IMG/VR virus record: IMGVR_UViG_3300028205_000041
Location: 1 to 28,147 of that record
Reading direction: 5' to 3' (one strand)
From: a virus
Lineage: Duplodnaviria > Caudoviricetes
DNA: 28,147 nucleotides
Shown: positions 25,425-28,147 of the stretch, in pieces
Numbering within the stretch: position 1 is the first letter of the stretch
Layout of the letters: every line of letters begins with the position of its first letter
The notes under the pieces: model-generated
Told to the model about the DNA's origin: nothing
What the model saw: only the letters and a program-made list of their open reading frames with translations
The model's database searches: none
Translations under genes and position numbers: made by a program

Positions 25425-25831
25425 GCCAGCTAAAGATAGATCAGGCGTTCTTGACCGCATGGCTAACAACCCACAGCGAATTCGGGTTGCCCACGGCATA
25501 CGAAAACAAAGACTTCTCGGCGGATCCAGAGCTTGCTTATGCTGAGGTATTCTTGATCCAGAACGCCCTTGACATATTGTCCATAAACGATATGGACGAA
25601 ACCAGCGGAATCTTTCGGGCTATACTTCGCTATCCTGTAAACAACGGAGCCATTGCAGCAAAGACAAAGGCGCAAGAGATAATCGATGCTTTTAGTATTG
25701 GAACAAATGTTTCATATTCTGGGCAATCTGTTATAATCACGAAAACGAGCCGACAAAAAGGCTTTAACGAGAACGGCTGGTATAAAATAGTCGTGTCTAT
25801 TCAATACATTGCTTTTATAACGAGGTCTTAA
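25421..25831 (+). CDS. Tail terminator protein
   Basis: Pattern 'AYEN..F', 'GIF.....YP...G.......A..I...F..GT'. Directly before the tail tube gene. Confidence 0.75.
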   Translation: MSQLKIDQAFLTAWLTTHSEFGLPTAYENKDFSADPELAYAEVFLIQNALDILSINDMDETSGIFRAILRYPVNNGAIAAKTKAQEIIDAFSIGTNVSYSGQSVIITKTSRQKGFNENGWYKIVVSIQYIAFITRS

Positions 25832-25833
25832 AA

Positions 25834-26286
25834 ATGCCAGCATTAGTTCAAACATTCGTCGATAGTGTGATATCTATTTCAGCCGCCTTACCGGCATCAC
25901 AAACCACAACAGACTATGACGGTCTATCTTTTACTGTTATAGGTCAGGTTACTAGCTGGACGCCGGGCGGACGCACTCATACGCTGACACCAAGCAATCC
26001 GGTTAATCAGCGTTCCACTGATTATTACAAAGGAACCAACAGTCAGAGCATGGACTCCTTTACAGTGAACCGTGCCGACGGCGACGCAGGACAAGTGATT
26101 GCTTTAACCGCCGAGGCTAGCGATGCAGACTTTTCTTATAAAGTCGAATACCAAGACGGCAGCATTGATTATTTCCAAGGCATCGTGGGTTCTTATATCA
26201 CTGGCGCTGGAGACGGTAATGCTATTGTTTCTCAAGTGCTTTCAGTTCAGCGAACAAAGAATACGGTAAGCAAAGCAGCCGCCTAA
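25834..26286 (+). CDS. Major tail tube protein
   Basis: Motifs 'IG.V.....G', 'KG', 'DAGQ' and 'DG...YF.G.V'. 150 aa. Synteny. Confidence 0.85.
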   Translation: MPALVQTFVDSVISISAALPASQTTTDYDGLSFTVIGQVTSWTPGGRTHTLTPSNPVNQRSTDYYKGTNSQSMDSFTVNRADGDAGQVIALTAEASDADFSYKVEYQDGSIDYFQGIVGSYITGAGDGNAIVSQVLSVQRTKNTVSKAAA

Positions 26287-26301
26287 AAAGCGGTAACAAG
26301 C

Positions 26302-26335
26302 ACCAAGGCCTTTTTAACTAAAGGCTTTGGTTTTT
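26302..26335 (+). terminator. Intrinsic terminator after the tail tube gene
   Basis: ACCAAGGCCTTT/AAAGGCTTTGGT stem followed by TTTT. Confidence 0.65.
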
Positions 26336-26359
26336 ATAATTTAATGAAGGGTTAATATT

Positions 26360-26776
26360 ATGAGCAACACGATTGATTTTGGAACATACGATTTATCGGC
26401 GGAAGCGGCAAGAGGTATCGAGGTTACTCTTATCGACGAAACTAATAGGCGACCATATAAAGGCTTAGACGAAAAAGAAATTGTTATAACTATTCAGGGC
26501 AGAGACTCTGACAAGTGGCAAGATACAGCAAAGAAGATCGACGAGCGAAACGCATCAAAGTATAAGCGTCGAGGTGTTCCAGCCGAGGTCACAGAAAGCG
26601 ACCTAAGAGAAATACTCGCAGCCGTAACCCTTAAATGGACAGACAACGTGCCATTTAAAGGCGAGCCACTGGAATGCACAAACGAAAATTGCTTGATGCT
26701 TTACGGCATGAAAAACACAATTGCCGAGCAGCTTATAACGGCTGGAGTGAACAGAGATAGTCTAAAAAAGAGCTAA
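26360..26776 (+). CDS. Tail assembly chaperone (gpG equivalent)
   Basis: Between the tail tube and tape measure genes. 'I...G.DS' motif. Slippery site at its 3' end. Confidence 0.82.
   Translation: MSNTIDFGTYDLSAEAARGIEVTLIDETNRRPYKGLDEKEIVITIQGRDSDKWQDTAKKIDERNASKYKRRGVPAEVTESDLREILAAVTLKWTDNVPFKGEPLECTNENCLMLYGMKNTIAEQLITAGVNRDSLKKS
26764..26770 (+). other. Programmed -1 ribosomal frameshift site A AAA AAG
   Basis: Canonical X XXY YYZ heptamer in the gpG frame. The -1 frame is open from 26770 to the stop at 27151-27153. Confidence 0.85.
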
Positions 26777-27153
26777 GGCTAGATCTTGAGCTTTATGTAA
26801 GGCAGCGGGCATGGTACGAAACCCGCGCCAAGGACCAGACAAAGGTCAGGGGCGCGGAAATAGACTTCCCTGAACTGCCGGATATCTACCCTTGCGAGTA
26901 TTTGATTGAGCTTTTCTACCGGGTTGGTCCAAGCAAGATAACCTGGTCAGATATAGACGGGTTTGTGAACAGAACAGGAATCAAGTTAAGCGGATGGGAG
27001 TCAGAAACTATTAAGTGGCTTACAGACGTTTACACGGACTCTTGCAGAGAGTTTTCTGACGCTCAATTGCCCGCGCCTTATCTGCCAAGAAAAGCAGATC
27101 AAGGCAAAAACGCAGAGGGTCTAAAATCAATGCTTAGAAGGCCCATAAACTAA
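26770..27153 (+). CDS. Tail assembly chaperone frameshift extension (gpT part of gpGT)
   Basis: In frame with track ORF 26902-27153. Motif 'ITWSDI.......G..L..WE...I..L...Y'. Its stop overlaps the tape measure start. Confidence 0.82.
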   Translation, partial: ELRLDLELYVRQRAWYETRAKDQTKVRGAEIDFPELPDIYPCEYLIELFYRVGPSKITWSDIDGFVNRTGIKLSGWESETIKWLTDVYTDSCREFSDAQLPAPYLPRKADQGKNAEGLKSMLRRPIN

Positions 27154-28147
27154 TGACAGATTTCGCCAACCTAGTAATAAAAGCAGACTCCAGCCAGGTT
27201 AAATCAGCAACCAAAGACCTTGGTGGAATGTCGGCTGGCGCTGGAAAGCTAACGGGCGCGATGAAGGCTCTTTTGCCCGCTCTTAGCGCCGCGCTTGCTG
27301 TCAACGCGCTAGGAAAGATGGCTGTTGAGGCCAGAGAATTCGGCGCAGCAATGGGCGAAGTCTCTACCTTGCTAGACGACGTTTCACAATTACCAAGAAT
27401 AAACGCAGAAGCCAAAGCGCTTGCCGCCACTTTTGGCGGATCTCCAACCGCGCAGGTACAGGCATTCTATCAAGCCATATCAGCCGGAGCGGGCAACGCT
27501 GCGGAAGCCACAGCAATACTGACAACGGCAAACAAGCTTGCGATAGGCGGCGTCACAGACATTGGCACAGCGGTCGATGGACTAACAACCGTTGTCAATT
27601 CCTTTGGCCTTGAGGCTCACCAGGCCGCAGATGTATCGGATGCCATGTTTGTCGCTATGCGAGCCGGTAAAACTACTATAGGCGAATTGTCCAGTGGTAT
27701 TGGTGGGGTTGCGGCGTTAGCGGCAACGGCTGGAGTAGGGTTTGAGGAATTGCTTGGCGCGACGGCCGCATTGACCAAGGGCGGTATCTCTACCAGTCAA
27801 TCATTCAACGGCTTAAAGGCAGCTCTTTCCAATATAGCAACACCTTCCAAAAAAGCGTCAGACGCAGCGGCAGAAATGGGCATCGAGTTTAATCTTGCTT
27901 CCCTACAGTCAAAGGGCTTGGCTGGATTCTTAGGAGAAATGACCGAGGCGGCAGACGGAAACGAGCAACAGCTAATCGATTTATTTGGATCCGTTGAGGC
28001 CGTTAATACCATCCTGGCACTGACCGGCGGAAGCGCTGAATCTTTTGCCGAGATTATGGAGGATATGAAAAACAAGACAGGGCAGACAGATATTGCTTTT
28101 GGAAAGATCGCCAACACGATGGATTTAAGCTATCAGCCATATCGGGC
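27153..28147 (+). CDS. Tail tape measure protein (TP901-type core), 3'-partial, absent from the ORF track
   Basis: ATG 27153 gives MTDFANLVIKADSSQV..., Ala/Gly-rich, with 'YQAISAG', 'GKTTIGEL' and 'LFGSVEA'. Open to the window end. Confidence 0.92.
   Translation, partial: MTDFANLVIKADSSQVKSATKDLGGMSAGAGKLTGAMKALLPALSAALAVNALGKMAVEAREFGAAMGEVSTLLDDVSQLPRINAEAKALAATFGGSPTAQVQAFYQAISAGAGNAAEATAILTTANKLAIGGVTDIGTAVDGLTTVVNSFGLEAHQAADVSDAMFVAMRAGKTTIGELSSGIGGVAALAATAGVGFEELLGATAALTKGGISTSQSFNGLKAALSNIATPSKKASDAAAEMGIEFNLASLQSKGLAGFLGEMTEAADGNEQQLIDLFGSVEAVNTILALTGGSAESFAEIMEDMKNKTGQTDIAFGKIANTMDLSYQPYR

Noticed and set aside
22161-28117. Long antisense ORFs opposite scaffold, capsid, neck and tape measure genes
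   Set aside because: Shadow frames of Ala/Gly/Thr-rich sense genes with no recognisable motifs.
1-28147. Alternative genetic code or stop-codon reassignment
   Set aside because: Genes end cleanly on TAA, TAG and TGA with tight overlaps. The interruptions are indels, not in-frame stops.
1-28147. Integrated prophage with att sites
   Set aside because: No integrase, host genes or tRNA are visible. Both ends fall inside tail genes, consistent with a permuted, incomplete phage contig.

Overview
This window is most of a tailed, siphovirus-type bacteriophage genome in circularly permuted form, with sigma70-type promoters. In order it holds: the end of the tail module (partial fibre/spike gene with 51-aa repeats, fibre chaperone); a lysis cassette (membrane protein, SLT transglycosylase, DUF1353-like, lipoprotein); a long leftward early/recombination block (Sak4-like ATPase, SSB, YqaJ exonuclease, SF2 helicase, VRR-NUC, a T5 A1-like metallophosphoesterase nuclease, an RMF-like protein, a DUF5664-like dNTP diphosphohydrolase); overlapping divergent promoters, a Cro-like HTH gene and a primase-polymerase/helicase; an iteron palindrome (probable origin); small accessory ORFs; a ParB-methyltransferase; terminase, portal, head genes and an HslV-like Ntn protease; and neck, tail tube, frameshifting tail chaperone and a partial tape measure gene. 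No integrase, DNA polymerase, tRNA or CRISPR is visible. Several single-base homopolymer indels (helicase, SSB, DUF1353-like gene, window start) look like sequencing errors. The most notable observations are a 14-bp palindrome (AACA-N6-TGTT) at about -41.5 of three early promoters, a T5 A1 homolog in a small siphovirus next to an RMF-like gene, and a stand-alone C-lobe-like fragment of T4-type lysozyme behind a structured leader. Family calls come from motif recognition by eye, not from database searches.
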